Origin: the human T2T-CHM13v2.0 reference genome, Homo sapiens
Direction: 5' to 3' (one strand)
Assembly: GCF_009914755.1 (NCBI RefSeq)
Contig: NC_060927.1
DNA length: 64,000 nt
The translations under genes were made by a program, and so were the position numbers. Below, in pieces: positions 41,699 through 56,324 of the stretch. A model generated the notes under the pieces. The model was given only the letters and a program-made list of their open reading frames with translations, had not been told where the DNA came from and did not search any database. Position 1 is the stretch's first letter. The number at the start of each line of letters is the position of its first letter.

Positions 41699-43969
41699 CC
41701 TGCTTTGATTTAACCTAAACATCCAGAGCAGTGCTGGGAAGCCAGGAAGTATAAATATCAATAAACATTGATATCAATCAATAAACATTGATTCAATGTA
41801 GGAGAGGTGTACACCCAAGGAAAGTGACGAGGAAGCAGATCTATGGAAGCACATACCCATACCCACATTAAATCATACATATTTATATCTTATAATCTTT
41901 CCCTTTTTTTTCTTAAAAAAAGAGACTGGGTCAAAGTGAGTGTCATATGGGTATAAGTAGATATATTTGCAGGATGATTTGTGAAAAAGACATTTCTATG
42001 CTAAGAAGCAGAGCCAAAGTTTCTGGTACTTTCAGTACAATGCAGAGAACACTGCTAATGGTTATAGTAAATCCAATGAAAACTCACACTGAAGGATATG
42101 AAAGCCTAACACCCAAAGGCAAACTTATTTTTCTGTTTATAAAATTGCATCCTTGTGCAATAACACAGAATCGTAAAAATTAAGAAGTAGAGGAGCTTTG
42201 GAGGTCACCCAATTTAACACTTTACTTGATATATACAGTCCTGACACAATATCCCTGGTAAGAATAGTCTTCTACCTTGACAGAGCTTGGCATGAGGCTC
42301 AAAAATACCTGCAATAGTTCAGTCATTATCCTCACTCATAGAGCCAGAAATGCAGAAATATAACTGGCAATTTCAGACACTTTATGGAGTACTCTATATG
42401 TGTAAAGAATTGCACCAGAAGCAGTAGAAAATGGAGGATTTCATGAATTTATAAAAAATAACCTCTGCTATCAAAAGAGGTAGGGAGGTATTAGCTTGCA
42501 AGAAAAACAGGGAAAAATAAAAGGGAAATTTTAAGTACAGTACTAGTACAGAAGTAACAATTCCATATTTAAAACTGGAACGCAAAGGACCATTGCCAAA
42601 GATTATTGCAAATGGAAGAGCAATTAGCACCATTTCATCATGTTGCCCTGCCTCAACCGCTGCCATGATCTTACTTGTCAAAGTAGTGAAAGGATGAAGC
42701 AACCAAATAAAGAAGCCAATAACTAAACAATCAACCAGGCAACCAAAGGTTCTTTGTTAGTGTCAGGAATGATGGGTATGAAAACACAAGCTCCATTAGA
42801 TAATAAGGTACATAATGATGGGAACCATACCAAATTTTTGTTTGTTTGTTTAAACTAGTTGTTATAACTGGCATCATATCTAATATCTGGCACATGGAGA
42901 GACTCAGTAGATACTTACAGGAAAAAATAAATCCTGGGTCATTTTTTGAGGGGAAGTGGTGTGATTATCATATCAATAGGAACAGAAACCAGTAACATCT
43001 GGTCTACATAAGTGACTTTCAAATGGCATGAGCATTAAATAAAATGAGAAATAGGTGTTAAAAAGCTTCCAATAATCGAAGCGTTCTTTAAGGTTAGTAT
43101 TAGGTTTCTATATCTTTCTATTTATCTTCTAACATAGTTAATTTCACTTTTTTTTGTTAAGGTTTGAAAATTGTGGTGTTGTGTTTTTTCCAAAGTAAAT
43201 CTTACTTGGAACCCAAGTTACATAATTAGATAAAAGCAAAGTTGGCAAAAGTAGTAGCTTTTCTTATAAGAAACATCTTGAGAGGTTTCTAATGAATGCT
43301 AGAAGTCCTTGGAATACAGTTTAAAAACCACTGCCCTGAGATTCAGTAAGTTCAGTAAGCATTACATACCTAAGGTGCAGTGCTTGTGTGCTTCTGTTAG
43401 GGCTTTATATAACACTGATTATAGGAAGGAACAATAATTTCCAAGGCTGACATCTCCGAATTGTAGTATGTCTCAGAGATTTAAGATAAGGAATACTTGG
43501 ATCCTACATTTTATAAGTGACACAGGAAACTAGTCAAAATCAAACAAGAGACATCTTGCTGTGGTGGAAGTTAATAGGAATCTGTGTAATACAGAGCACA
43601 TGAATACTCTACATAAGAAATCTCCCACAAGGCAAGCAGGATATAGGCTTCTTGAGATTCAATAAATGCAAAATAGGTTGGTAAGTTTTCACAATGTAGC
43701 CACAGATGTGATATATGCATTTTACAATGTGAAATGCCACATGTGAATAAACCAAAAGAGTGAAAACTTAAAAACTAAACTAAACTAACAAAATAATACA
43801 ATAAAAATAATTCTTTTAAAATTATCCAAGGATGAGAAGTATAATCAACCTTGTGGAAAGTTTTAAAAATTAGTTTCATGAGAAAAAAAGTGAGGGGAGC
43901 TGGTATTTTTATCAGGTTTCTCTTGTGGCCTAGATGAGATTGCCGTCAAACTCAGGAAAAGTAGTCACC

Positions 43970-44270
43970 CCTTCATTTAGCATTTATTGAGCACCTACTA
44001 TAGGGAATCACATCCTAGTTATTATGGGGATGAAGCAGTTAAAAAAATGTCCCTGACTTGTAAAAGCTCACAGTCTAAATGGAGAGAATTATGCTTCTAT
44101 AAAACAGCTGCTAGGATATATGGCAGATTGTGCTAAATTCTATCAGAGATACTGGAGTTAAATCAATGGGCAGTCTTGAAAATTGAAAAGAGGAGCTTAG
44201 AGCTTAAATGATGAAATGAGAAAACACTGAAAGCAGGGTTAGTAGGTAATAATACCTGTCTTTGAGGGCT
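43970..44270 (-). mobile_element. L2 3' end
   Basis: catttattgagcacctacta..gtccctgac..agctcacagtcta. Confidence 0.7.
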
Positions 44271-44283
44271 ATTGCTCTGATAG

Positions 44284-44709
<426 letters not shown>

Positions 44710-45641
44710 TGATAAATCTAAGCCTTAGTACCTAAACCAGCAACATACAGAGAGAGTAGAAGGCACAGTATGAAATAGAGGAAATATACTATGAATGCTA
44801 AGAAGGACTAGGATGGTTTAAGATATGTAGGTAACAGATAATCTGCACCTCTTTAAAAAAAGGCTACCAAACAAAGAAACAGATTCTTGTCACTTGGGAG
44901 CCCAAGATAAACCAAATCTATTTCTCCTCTGGCTCTCTATCCCACCCTTCAAAACAGATAATAAAAATAAATAAATTTTAAAATTAAATAAAAGGAATTC
45001 AGCAGTCATTTGAGACAAAACTGGAAGTTCTATCTTGATAAAACTCCCTACCTGAAGTTCCTTTAGTGCTATATGATCTCACTGTCTTTTCTTTCCTCTT
45101 TCCTGCTCCTGTAGCAGTCTCAGTCTTTGGGATTTTATCAAATTGGGTTTTAATCACTTTACATTTCATGTGAAGATATTGTATCCCACTGCCTCTGCAA
45201 TGGTCTCAGCTACCCAACTTTTACTACCTAAAAAAAAAAAAATGCCTCTTAACAGCAGTGGCCTCCTCCTCCTTCCTGCAGGATAATCCCTATGATTGTG
45301 ATGCAGTTTAAATTTCTCAAGAATATAATCAAACAGGGTGAAAACAAGGACTTACACACTAAGGCTTCTTTCTGTCTGCTTATGCTGCTTCCTGCTGTAC
45401 TTCAGTCCCCACAAAACCCAAAAACCTTTGTAGACATCTGGAAACAGTTTCATCTGTGGTCACTTCCTCAAATAGTTTCCCTGCTTAGAAAATAAACACA
45501 CTAGTAAGATCACAGGACCACATAATTTCTGTACTCAAGCACTCCCCATTGGAGAATACCATCTATGCTTGATGGTTGCACATCAGAGGATGAATCTGGG
45601 TAGAGGGAAGTGGTTAGAGAGGGAATAATTGATTAGGTGAG

Positions 45642-46018
45642 TGTATCAGTCCCTTCTCATACTGCTATAAACAAATACACGAAACTGGGTAATTTATAAA
45701 GAAAAGAGGTTTACTTGGCTCACAGTTCTACAGACTGTACAGGAGCATAGGTGGGGAGGCCTCAGGAAACTTTCAATCATGCTGAAAGGGGAAGCAGGCA
45801 TGTCTTACATGGCCGGAGCAGGAGGAAGAGAGTGAAGGGGGAGGTGATACACACCTTTAAACAACCAGATCTCATGAGAGCTCATTCACTGTCATGAGAA
45901 CAGCAAGGGGAAAATCTGGCCCCATGATTGAATCAGCTCCCACCAGGCCCCTCTTCCAACACTGAGGATTACATTTTGACATGAAATTTGGGCAAGGACA
46001 AAAATCCAAACCATATCA
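45642..46018 (-). mobile_element. MaLR solo LTR, MSTA/THE1D-like
   Basis: tgtatcagtc..ctgggtaatttataaagaaaagagg..aatccaaaccatatca; perfect 5-bp TSD gtgag at 45637-45641 and 46019-46023. Confidence 0.95.
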
Positions 46019-46147
46019 GTGAGTATGTTAACAGTCCCCAAGAATATTAATGTCAGAAAATGTATCTAATTAATTGCTGCTAGAAAGAAATACTTTTGAC
46101 CTCCTAGTCTTTTTAGTAGTTTTTGTTGTTGTTGTTAAATGGAATGT

Positions 46148-46282
46148 TTGTGCTTGGCCAAAGAAGTAGTATTTGTTCTAAGTACTTATAACATATTTAT
46201 AATAGCATTATGACAAACAGCTTGGACTCAGATCTGGAGATGTTTGCTCATTTTCGTTCAATCATTTTTTCAAATTACAAAT
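46148..46282 (+). repeat. ~135-bp dispersed direct duplication, copy 1 (partner 47265-47397)
   Basis: ttgtgcttggccaaagaagtagtatttgtt..tcagatctggagatgtttgctcattt..caaat; about 90% identical. Confidence 0.95.
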
Positions 46283-46550
46283 GTTTTTGAGATTATACTC
46301 ATATACTTAGTCTCCAGAATGGCAGAGGTAATATGTACAATGAATATATGTCAGGTGCTATGCTTTGTCTTGGGGGTATATCCGTGCATTACATGAATAC
46401 AGTCTCTGCTCTCATGGAACTTAGAGTTCAACTGAGGCAATGGACATTATTCAAATAACTGCTCAAATGAACATATAATTATAACTATAAAGGAAAGACA
46501 CACAAAATACAAGATGCAATGAGAGTTCATTACCTGAATGTGGAGTTAGG
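46247..46550 (-). mobile_element. L2 3' end
   Basis: tatgtcaggtgctatgct..agtctctgctctcatggaacttagagttc. Confidence 0.65.
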
Positions 46551-47264
46551 AAGATTTGGATTTTTTTATCCCAGATTTTTTTTTTTATCATTTTTCTGTT
46601 AAAAGCTAGAGCATTATAAATGATATTAAACTAGTTAAATACCTGTTACGGTGAGGAAAAGAGCTGTTCCATAGGGAAGATTTCTGGGAGAGTGAAGAAC
46701 ATAGGTGGTGTGATTTGAAACGACTATTGGCTAATAGAAAAAGGTCACACAATTCTTCTTATGATGTAATAAATTGCTCTTTTTCAAGGTTGAGGAAGTA
46801 GAGGAATAAGAGAAAATGTGAAATATGCCTGTATTTGATGACCAATAGTTTTATAGGCTAATTATTTTGTTACATACAAAAGTTATGCTTTCTTTACTGA
46901 ATTACATCTCTAGTTTATAAGTAGGGCAAAGCAACCAGCATAATACAAAATATAGCCATTATGATGGCTATTACTACAAAATTTCTCTAAAGTTTTGAGG
47001 AGATAATAATAACCTCAATGTAATGTTTTGCAGGCCGGTGCTGTGTTAAACAGCTGTCACTTTTTACCACAAAGATGGTTGTATCCTTAACATGGGTTAG
47101 GTGATTCCATGAATATGATTTGTAGAATATTGAGAGAGCTGCTGAAATAACAGCAGCATATGAGTGCTGCTGAAAGTTGGCCAAGAACAGTCCAAGATAA
47201 TTTTCATAGTGTTTTGTACTCCAAGTGACTCTTTTAACCATTAGTTTTGCCCTGTATGTAGGAA

Positions 47265-47397
47265 TTGTGCTTGGCCAAAGAAGTAGTATTTGTTTTAAGT
47301 ACATATAACATCCTTATAATAGCATTATAACAAACATCTTGGAGTCAGATCTGGAGATGTTTGCTCATTTGGTCAATCATTTTTTCAAATGACAAAT
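47265..47397 (+). repeat. ~135-bp dispersed direct duplication, copy 2
   Basis: Matches 46148-46282, 1.1 kb upstream. Confidence 0.95.
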
Positions 47398-47969
47398 TTG
47401 AAAAATTCATACTTCATCCAGGTATAACTTAGTTGTAAAAATCACAACACTGCCAAACAATTCAAACACCTTTAGTTGAGTCATTATGTTTAAGCTTCTT
47501 TGATCCTTCCTTCTCTAGAGTTACGCTAACATAGTAACAAAGGGCAGATTTACAGTCCAAACTGAAAAGTCATAATTCAACACATAATTCCTCAGTTGTC
47601 AGCCCCAAGTACAAGATTGATGATGAAGTTTTGAACTGACACAATTATTTTAAAAATACTTACTTCCAAATCTACACAGGAAGTTTATGTCTATAATGAC
47701 TTAGGACATCCAAAATGAACCTATTTCCTAAGGAGGCACATCATTCACAGTATCAGAAACCCTTGCAAGTGTTGCATAATGATGACATCAATATAACTTA
47801 TGCAAAGTAAAAGCGTTAAAACATTCCTAAATACTTAGCCTTTATATGTCCCCTTATTTTCACAAAGCACTTTCAGACAAATTAGTGTTATTATTCATCA
47901 CAATATCCTAAGATAGACAGCCATTATCATTCAGATACCACACTCCCGTCTTCATTGCCACTGTGACCC

Positions 47970-48166
47970 AAGACTGATTTTCCAATCAGATGTCTACGCA
48001 TCTGATTTCCTTAGAATGAGATTTAAGAATTTAGATTTACAGATCCCATCACAGACTTGTTGAATGAAAATCTCTTTCGTGGGAATCAAGAATCTATATT
48101 TTGATAAAGATCACCCAGGTAACTGTGTTTCAGTCTATCCAATGGTTGCATTTAGGAACCATTATT
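47970..48166. mobile_element. MER5B-like DNA transposon
   Basis: cccatcacagacttgttgaat..aagaatctatattttgataaagatcacccaggtaa. Confidence 0.6.
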
Positions 48167-49649
48167 GTAGAACAGTCATGGAAGAAAACTTAAAGACAAA
48201 AAGACACAAGTTTTATTTAAAATGCATAGAACATGTTGTGTTTCAGTGTCAATGGGAATTGCTAGCCTGATCTGTGCAGATAGTCTCCAAATGTGTTATG
48301 TTTGAAAAGTTCTTTTAAATTAAAAGGACTAGAAATCATTCTCCCATGGAAATAACTTGGTAGGTACTGGTAGATTCCAAGAACATTCATGACACCTCTG
48401 TAGCAAATGATGCAGCCAAATAATAATGCTATGAAGAACTATTTCAGTTATTCCTAAGGTTCTTTTCAGAAAATACATTTTCTACAGGAAAATAGATACC
48501 ATATTTTAGAAATTAGTTACCTCATTTATTTCTTTATAAAAACATTGGATTTTTAAATTAAATATATATTGAACTTATATATATATAGAAATATATATAC
48601 AAGATGGTGAACAAAATAGAAATAGTCTAGCACTCATGAAACCTAGAGCCTAATCTAGAAGTCTGCCAATTAAAACAAGCAATTAGAGCATCATGAGTGC
48701 TATGACAAGATGCTATGGAGATGTCCAAAGATGGGACTCAGTTTTTTCAGGGTAGGTGTTTACATGTGGGTGAAGAAGGGGTAGATGAAAGGTTAAAGAA
48801 GATAAGAAGACTGTCTAGAGAAAATCTTTCCTAATATTTCTAAACAGAATGGAGAAAAGGCAATAAAGAATCACCTGTTTTTTTGATATTGTTGTTGCTT
48901 GCTTGTTTTTTTGGTAGAGATGTCTGATTCCCATAACAGACCTACAGAATCTGAATTTTAGGAGAGAGTTGATCCTGGTAATGTATATTTTTGTACATTC
49001 TCATAATAGATATATTTCTTGAGTTTTTATTTTATAGTAACCTTTGTGCTATATATTGGTAATACACAGATAAAAGTCCAAATTTTGCCATCACAATGAC
49101 TATTGTAGATTTGCTGAGAGATATCTGTAAACAAAGAACATGGGGTGGAGTTGAAGCTTAGGTCTAATTGCTGGTCTCTGTTTACACCTGCATAACATGT
49201 AATAAATATTCCTTTGATCAGTATCTCCTTTGAGTTTTCAAATTTGGCCTTATTGATAGATTTTGACTTTAGGCATATGCAGGCTATTAGTTTTGATACA
49301 CATTGAAGCAGAGAATTATCCATATGTGACCTCTAGAGACAGAATGATTGAAGTGATGGGGATAAAACTAAACTGATAGATGATCTCCTTTTTAAGGAAA
49401 CACCCTAGATTTAAAACTGAGGAAACAAGACATGGTTGCATCCCACACCTCCAGCATGGCTATGCACACTTTTGTAAGTACCAGAGAAATTCAATTAAAT
49501 TCATCATGATTGCATGCTTATTGCATGGAAGGCACAGCATAAAGTGTTGAAAGATATGTACAAGTAAGACAATGACCTTGAAAAGGTTTTTAACTTGTGG
49601 GAATAGAGGATAGTGTATCAGGTAAGAAATAAACACATACACAGGTATT

Positions 49650-49860
49650 AGGGCAGTGTTATGGGTTAGTTAGAGCATATGGGCCCTTGAAGTAGATAGA
49701 AATGGGTATGTACATCAGTCTCAACTTTTGGGTTGGGTTATTTTGAACAAGTTACTTTACATTTTAGAGCATAAGTTTCCTTATTTCTAAAATGATGATA
49801 ATGGTAGTATTTACCTAATAAGATAGAGTTTCTGGCATACTGTTATTCAAATAAATGACA
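49650..49860 (+). mobile_element. MIR SINE
   Basis: gttagagcatatgggccct..ttgaacaagttacttt..agtttccttatttctaaaatgatgataat. Confidence 0.7.
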
Positions 49861-50389
49861 GTTGCCCATTTAGTATTAATATAGGGGTCATCTTTATATT
49901 TTAGTGAATAGTCACCATTTCTGATTAGAACACCTATAAAGGTTTCTAAGAGGCAAAGATTACATTTAAAAGCATCCCTGATAATAAAAATAGCAAGAAG
50001 AAAAATAAAGTGATATCAAAATTAGGACACATTTTGAGGAAGAACCAGTAGGACACATCAGAGTAGAGAGGAAAATAGGCAAATGAGCAGAGGAAAAGTT
50101 GTAGATACTGGGTTGATTGATTCCTAATGATGGAGGACATTAAATATCATGTGAATGGATACAGGAGCAATTCTATAAGCAATAAGGCTTTTGAACAGGA
50201 GGAAAAAACATCATCATATGTGCTGTACGATGTCAACTTTAGTACAGATACAAAAGTTGAACTCGAGAGAACAGAAAGTAGAATCTGGGAGACTCATTAA
50301 AAGACCAGGTCACATGAAGGATTAGAAGGCTCTGAAATCATTTTTATCATCATCATATCTTCATCATCAGCTTCCTTATCATCATCGTT

Positions 50390-50598
50390 ATAGCTAAATG
50401 TATCAAACTTTGCATGTATCAACTAATTTAACTTTACCACAACCCAATGATGGATTTTACTACCATTATTTCCAGTTTACAGATGAGAAAAGAGAGGCAC
50501 ACAGAGGTTAAGTAACTTGATAGCTCTTACTAAGTGGAAAGACAAGGGTATAAATCCTGGCAGTTGACTCTACTATCTTTATTCTTAGTCATTATATT
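50390..50598 (-). mobile_element. MIR SINE flanked by L2 fragments (~50100-50880)
   Basis: tttacagatgagaaaagagaggcacacagaggttaagtaacttg. Confidence 0.8.
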
Positions 50599-53500
50599 AC
50601 ACTGAATCTTGGAGGTAAGTACAGAAGTTCACTGTCATTTCAAGACGGAATCTATATGACCAGGTAACTGAGTGAGGTATAGAAATGAGGAAGAATAAGG
50701 GAGTCAAAAATAACTCAGACATTTTGACCTGGGGTAACTGGGATTTGGGGGTATCTTTAAAAATATAAAATTTGGTGCAATAGAGTTTAATTTTTAGCAG
50801 GAGGGTTTGAAGATTGTGTTGCAGGTACCTGCAGGCACACTTGAGCTTCAGATACGATTGCTTGCTAACAGACTCAGTTAACTGATTGAAAGACATTTTT
50901 AGTATGATATATATTTTTAGTGCCTTTTATGGGATCCTGCTATATTTAGGGGCCTTCTAGAATTCTGCTTGCTTGGTGCTGAATCTTGCTGGTTGATTTT
51001 TCCTAGTTCCTTTTCTTTGTTTTTCTCTTTCTCAAAGATTTTATTTTTCTCTTTCCAACAACAGATTCTTTGACTTCACTGGATATTCACAGTTTTGTTT
51101 TCCTTTCACCATTCCATGATCTGTTTGATTCTCAGAATACATATATATTGAATTTCTAATGAAGTCTTCTAAATGTTTCCAGATTTCTTGTGGTTTAACT
51201 GCAGATTTTTTCTTTCTTTCTTTCTTTCTTTTTTTTTTTTTTTCAGTTCTCACATTTTGGCACAGTTTCCTTTCCTGGAGATTAATAGCTGGGTGATAGA
51301 TTTCTTCATTTTTCCCTTCTCCCTCCAGAATTTTGTGATTTTATTTTTTACACATTTACACATACCTCCAGCATCAGTTTTTGTTTAAATATAAGGATCA
51401 TCTCCAGACATATTCTTTTCATTTGAGTTCTAAACACCTACTGTAGAATGTAGTTAGTTACTTACCTCATCTGAAAATCTTATCATGTCTTTTTTCCCCA
51501 ATGTGGGTATTCATACACTTCATATGTGGCCAGCTCTTAACCCTGAATATTGATACTTGCTCTTCTTTTACAGATGCTCTGGGTTGCTTCATATTTTAAG
51601 ATCAGGCTCACTGTTTTGAAGAGACAGGTTAGAGTGTATCCCTATGACCTCATTTTATTATTTGTATTCTTCCACACACACAGGGATTCTATCATACTGG
51701 GTTTTCTTTATACTATAAGGTTTTTACTCAGTTTTCATTTATACTCTCCTTCATGTACAAGATGTCCCTTATGTATCTTCCTCATAGATTTTGCAGGCTA
51801 CACTCATTATACTCTATTGGTTACCTTTTCTCCTTCAAGCCACCTAGTATTAAATACAGTTATCTTAACATATTCAACAGATGTTGAATATAGTGCAGTG
51901 CTTTGAAACATTCTAATTGTCATTCTTCAACAGTAAATTAATGTTCAGGCTTTTTAAATTCACTGTAGTGGCATGAAAGATTTCCAGGAGAAAATTATTT
52001 ATCTAGCTGTTTCCTGCTCCACACCCAGTGCTATTACTTACTGCTGAAAATGGAGGAGTTGGGGTAAAAGGCGGGAAGGAGGAAAAAGAAGCAAAAAAAA
52101 AAAAAAAGACCTCTTTAGTTTCTCCTTTAAAGAAAAGTAATGATTTTCTCCTGGAAGGAAATCAAAGGCTGCATGAAATGTCTACCCCTTTAAAAAAATG
52201 TAAGCTGATTTTTTTAATGCTAGGTACTTTTATCTTTGTAGCTTAAAGGCAAAGAATGAATGAAATGTGGAAAATGAAGGACATGTGACAGCATCAAAGA
52301 AGTGAAGCAAAGCTGGAGATTGTGTGTCTGGCTATGTCAGGCCAGGGTGGCCCTTTTTAGGCAGACCATTAAGGCAATCTGGCTGCCAGATGAAGTCTTC
52401 ATGAAAGGGCAGAAAAGATGTATAAAGTCTTTTTGATGTTTTAAAGGAAACTCTTCTTTATACCTACCCCTCCCTCTTTTCCTCCATCATCTTGTCCCGA
52501 CCAATGCCATCTCCTCTTGCAAGGCAAACCACAACCATCTGTAGAAGTGTTTTATGTTTTAGAGCATTTGGATCTTGGCTTGATCTCTATCTTGAGTGAT
52601 ACAGGGTACATTTTTAGTTTCTGCTGGGAGAAAATGGTGAATTCCTGTGTAGAATTGGTAGAAGCCTCTAGGACATTTTGAGAGGCAGTGGTTAATCAGA
52701 GTAGAATTAATCAAGTTCTGTTTACCTAATCAAGATAAGGATAATTTCTTGAATAGAATTAATTACATCACACTGGCACCATTAGGACATCCTGACAAAT
52801 TCCCTCATGTTATACAGAGAAAACCAAGCTTCAAGGACTCACAATTAATCCAATAAAATTATAAGACTGCAATCCATTTCTCCACACTCTTGCTTCTCAC
52901 ACGATATAATCTTTCTCTTTACTTGCAGAAGACCTAAATTAACATTTCTACTTGTGGCTTCTCTTCCTTGGTATTTTACTTTTACTCCTTCCCTCTGTCC
53001 TAGAAAATCATTTGACCAGCAGGGCTTGCATCAACTGGATATTATACTTGAATCAGTATATTCAAGTCTGTGGCTTTGAACATAGCTGGGTCAGCATAGA
53101 AGAAAGGCCTTGCTATGCATAAGACTATTTCTAATGGTGGTAGGTTGAAGGAGGGGCAACCAGGTGGTGGGAGGGGTGGTGATGTGTATGTAGTAATGCT
53201 CATATTCACTGAGACAATAAAAAACACAACAAAGAATGTATTATGCTCTTATCCTGATGTCTCTGATCTTCATAGTTCTTCTAAATTAAATGTTTTCAAC
53301 CCCTTTATCCTTCAGCTCTATGTCAGCTTCTTGGCCTATTTTGCACGCTTTTCATATTGCACATGGTGCACAGGTGGTGTAGGTGATGCCACATTAGTTT
53401 AGCAGAATATCCTAGTGATGTGTAATGAAAAAGTGGACTGGCTCAAGGGGAAACCAAAGATACCATAAATTTAAGCTCTAACTGCCAATATCCATGTGGG

Positions 53501-53993
53501 TATCTTTGAGCAAATTACAGATGGTAAACCTAGCCCAGAAAGATGATGAAAAATGAAGATGGTATTAGATTTCCTGAATTTTAAACTGCTTTTCAATACT
53601 AGCTATCTCAAAGAACCAGAGAAAAAGAAAAGAAAAAAAATGCAGCCTTTTATTCCTTGTTTGCCTGGTTTCTACTTTCCACTCTTCTTTCTCAATTACA
53701 GTGATCTTTCTATTACCTCAAAATGTCAGCAGTGCATTTTTTCAAAGCATCAAGAACCCAGCAAACATGAAAGTTTTATATTCTTCCTATTCCTTTTCCA
53801 CTTGACAAAAACCTCTTCCTTCATAGATATTACACAGTAAGGTACTGAGTTATGAAACTTCCCTTTGACTCACACAGCATCTTTCTTTTCCCAGCACATA
53901 GCTTCTTTACAATACCCATACCAAAGGTATATCACATTCTGATTTATTTTATATAGTTACAGAAGGGATAATCTTCCCTTTGTACACATTTTT

Positions 53994-54244
53994 TTCACTT
54001 TTATTTTATGTTCAGGGGTACATGTGCAGGTTTGTTACATAGGCAAACTTGTGTCATGGGGGTTTGTTGTACAGATTATTTCATCACCCAGGTATTAAGC
54101 CTAGTACCCATTAGTTATTTTTCCTGATCCCCTCTCTCCTCCCACCCTCCATCCTCCAATAGGCCCCAGGATGTTTTGTTCCCCTCTGTGTGTCCGTGTG
54201 TTTTCATCATTTAGCTCCCATTTATTAGTGAGAACATGCAGTAT
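53994..54244 (-). mobile_element. L1PA13-like 3'UTR, heavily 5'-truncated
   Basis: ttcaggggtacatgtgcaggtttgttacatagg..ttaagcctagtacccattagttattttt; TSD tttgtacac(a/g)ttttt at 53979-53993 and 54245-54259. Confidence 0.92.
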
Positions 54245-55149
54245 TTTGTACACGTTTTTCTATGCAAATCATTCCAACACATAAAAACAACAGGCCCTTT
54301 CAAAGTTCATTGGTGCTCCTTACTGGTGTCAAATATCATATCTATATGACCTTAAATGCCCTCCCCATCCAGACCACTTGTTAGTGGGAGTTCTTTGCCT
54401 CACTTAGTGATCGTGCTATGTATAAGGAAAAGCAGATGTACAAAAGCCATGGCCTCTAAAGGGCCTCCTGTCAGACCCATGCTTTTCCAGGGAGACCCCC
54501 CAGGAACAGTTAACTTTGAGATCATATGCAGCTCTATTGATTAAAGGTCTAATTTGATACCCTACAACATATTTATGAATGCCTGGTATCTGCATGTTTC
54601 CTGACAGAAGCCCCTTGGGAGCCATTAATCTGTGAAGCCTCAGGGCTTCTTTCTTGGCCTAAAATCCCAGGGACTTTGCTGCTTTTCATTGGCAGCTGCC
54701 AAAACTGACTCCATCCTCTTGACTTTCTAGTCTCCCTTTAGCCTGTTTGTGGGGTAAAATGCAGTCTGTTTATTTGCTCTCAAGTTCTTGCTGGCCCTGC
54801 TAGATTCACACAAGCTTCTTTTATTGTAACCTAATGATATATTATGAATCACTCCTGGGAAACGGGATAAGAATAACAAAACAAAGTGATGCGTTTATTT
54901 GCTCACTTAACATGTATTTCTTGAGCTTCTACTATATTGCGGGAATGGGGGAATTCAAAAGTAATTAAGAAATGATGTCTTTCTCTAAGAGGCTCCCAGT
55001 CTAACACAAAGCTCACATATACTCAGCAGAAACTACGATAGAAAGATGAATGAGGAATGGGAAAAGCACAGTGAGATTGACCATTGATTAAAAATCTTCC
55101 AGAACTGTTAAAAGTCTTTGCAGTCTTCATCTCATCAGTATTGATCAGT

Positions 55150-55550
55150 CATGCATTTTATTCATTAATGCAACAATTACTTCTGAGCAACTACTACAAG
55201 TCAACTTTATTCTAGGTGCTGGAAACACGATAATAAAGACCAACTAATTCATAAGCTTCTATTCTAGTGAGGGAATAATAAACAGATAATAAACAAGTAA
55301 ACATATAGTTTCAGTTCATGGTAAGTACTATGAACAAAAAGTGGATAAAGATTAATATATGGTCATTGAAGGCCACTCTGAGGAGGGGACATTTCAGTGG
55401 AAGCCTGAATGAAGTAAGGCAGAGAGACCTAAGTGGTGGTCTAGATAAATAATTTTCCTGGTATAAGGAAGTGCAATAGAAATATTTTTGAGAAGAGAGT
55501 GGTGTTGGCATTTTTGCAGATCACAAAGAAACCCTGCATAGATACAGCAG
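55150..55550 (-). mobile_element. L2a 3' region
   Basis: attctaggtgctggaaacac..agcttctattctagtgaggg..gaaggccactctgaggaggggacatt. Confidence 0.75.
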
Positions 55551-55556
55551 AGCCTC

Positions 55557-55620
55557 TCAACTGGCTGTAGTGGGAATATTTACACCAAGGAAATTGGCAA
55601 GTGCTACGAATCAAGGCTTC
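55557..55620 (+). mobile_element. MER63 (hAT) fragment
   Basis: gtgggaatatttacaccaaggaaattggcaagtgctacgaatcaaggctt resembles MER63 internal sequence. Confidence 0.6.
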
Positions 55621-56139
55621 CTCTGGGTCTGGATGACATTCAGAAAATACTGTGTCTGGGCAATGTCACACATCTACAGAAAAAGCCCATTTATTTCTCA
55701 GACCTCGAAAAGCAAAACCACCTCAGTTCTAGGGAAGGCCTTCAACAGAGATGGACAATCCCAGAAACTCAGCCCTGTGAACACATTGCCTGCAAACTTC
55801 CAAAGCTGCTTGGATTCAGGGTAGAAGAAACGATTAGAGAAGGTCCTACAATGCATTTTGGTGTAAGTTTTTAAGTGGCCTATATCATTACAAAAGGAGT
55901 CATGATCTCCCTTTTTAATAATTGCAGAACCCCAATTTTCCTTTTGTACTTTTTGTCATGGGGTGATATCAGATTCATCACATGTAAATGACAAGTAAAA
56001 GAGACATTGGCCTGTACAAGAGTGGGAACACAAATAAGTTGTACAGAAAGATGAAACAATCATTTTGTAGTTTAAAAATACTGAGCAAATTTCCTGTTTT
56101 TAACAAGCACGAGAGATTCAAAAACCAGACACCTAGACT

Positions 56140-56227
56140 TAGTGATTCCACAATGCATATATACATCAAAACATCATGTTGTATATGGTAAATATGTACA
56201 ATTTTACCTTTCAATGTAAAAAATAAG
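56140..56227 (+). mobile_element. L1MA 3' terminal fragment
   Basis: ttccacaatgcatatatacatcaaaacatcatgttgtata..tacaatttt. Confidence 0.75.
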
Positions 56228-56286
56228 TTTTTTAAATAACAGAACCAAAAACCAGACACCACTATGAGCCTCAGGTCCAGTAGTAG

Positions 56287-56324
56287 ACACACACACACAG
56301 ACACACACACACACACACACACAC
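56287..56324. repeat. (CA)n microsatellite, interrupted once
   Basis: Seen directly. Confidence 0.9.
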
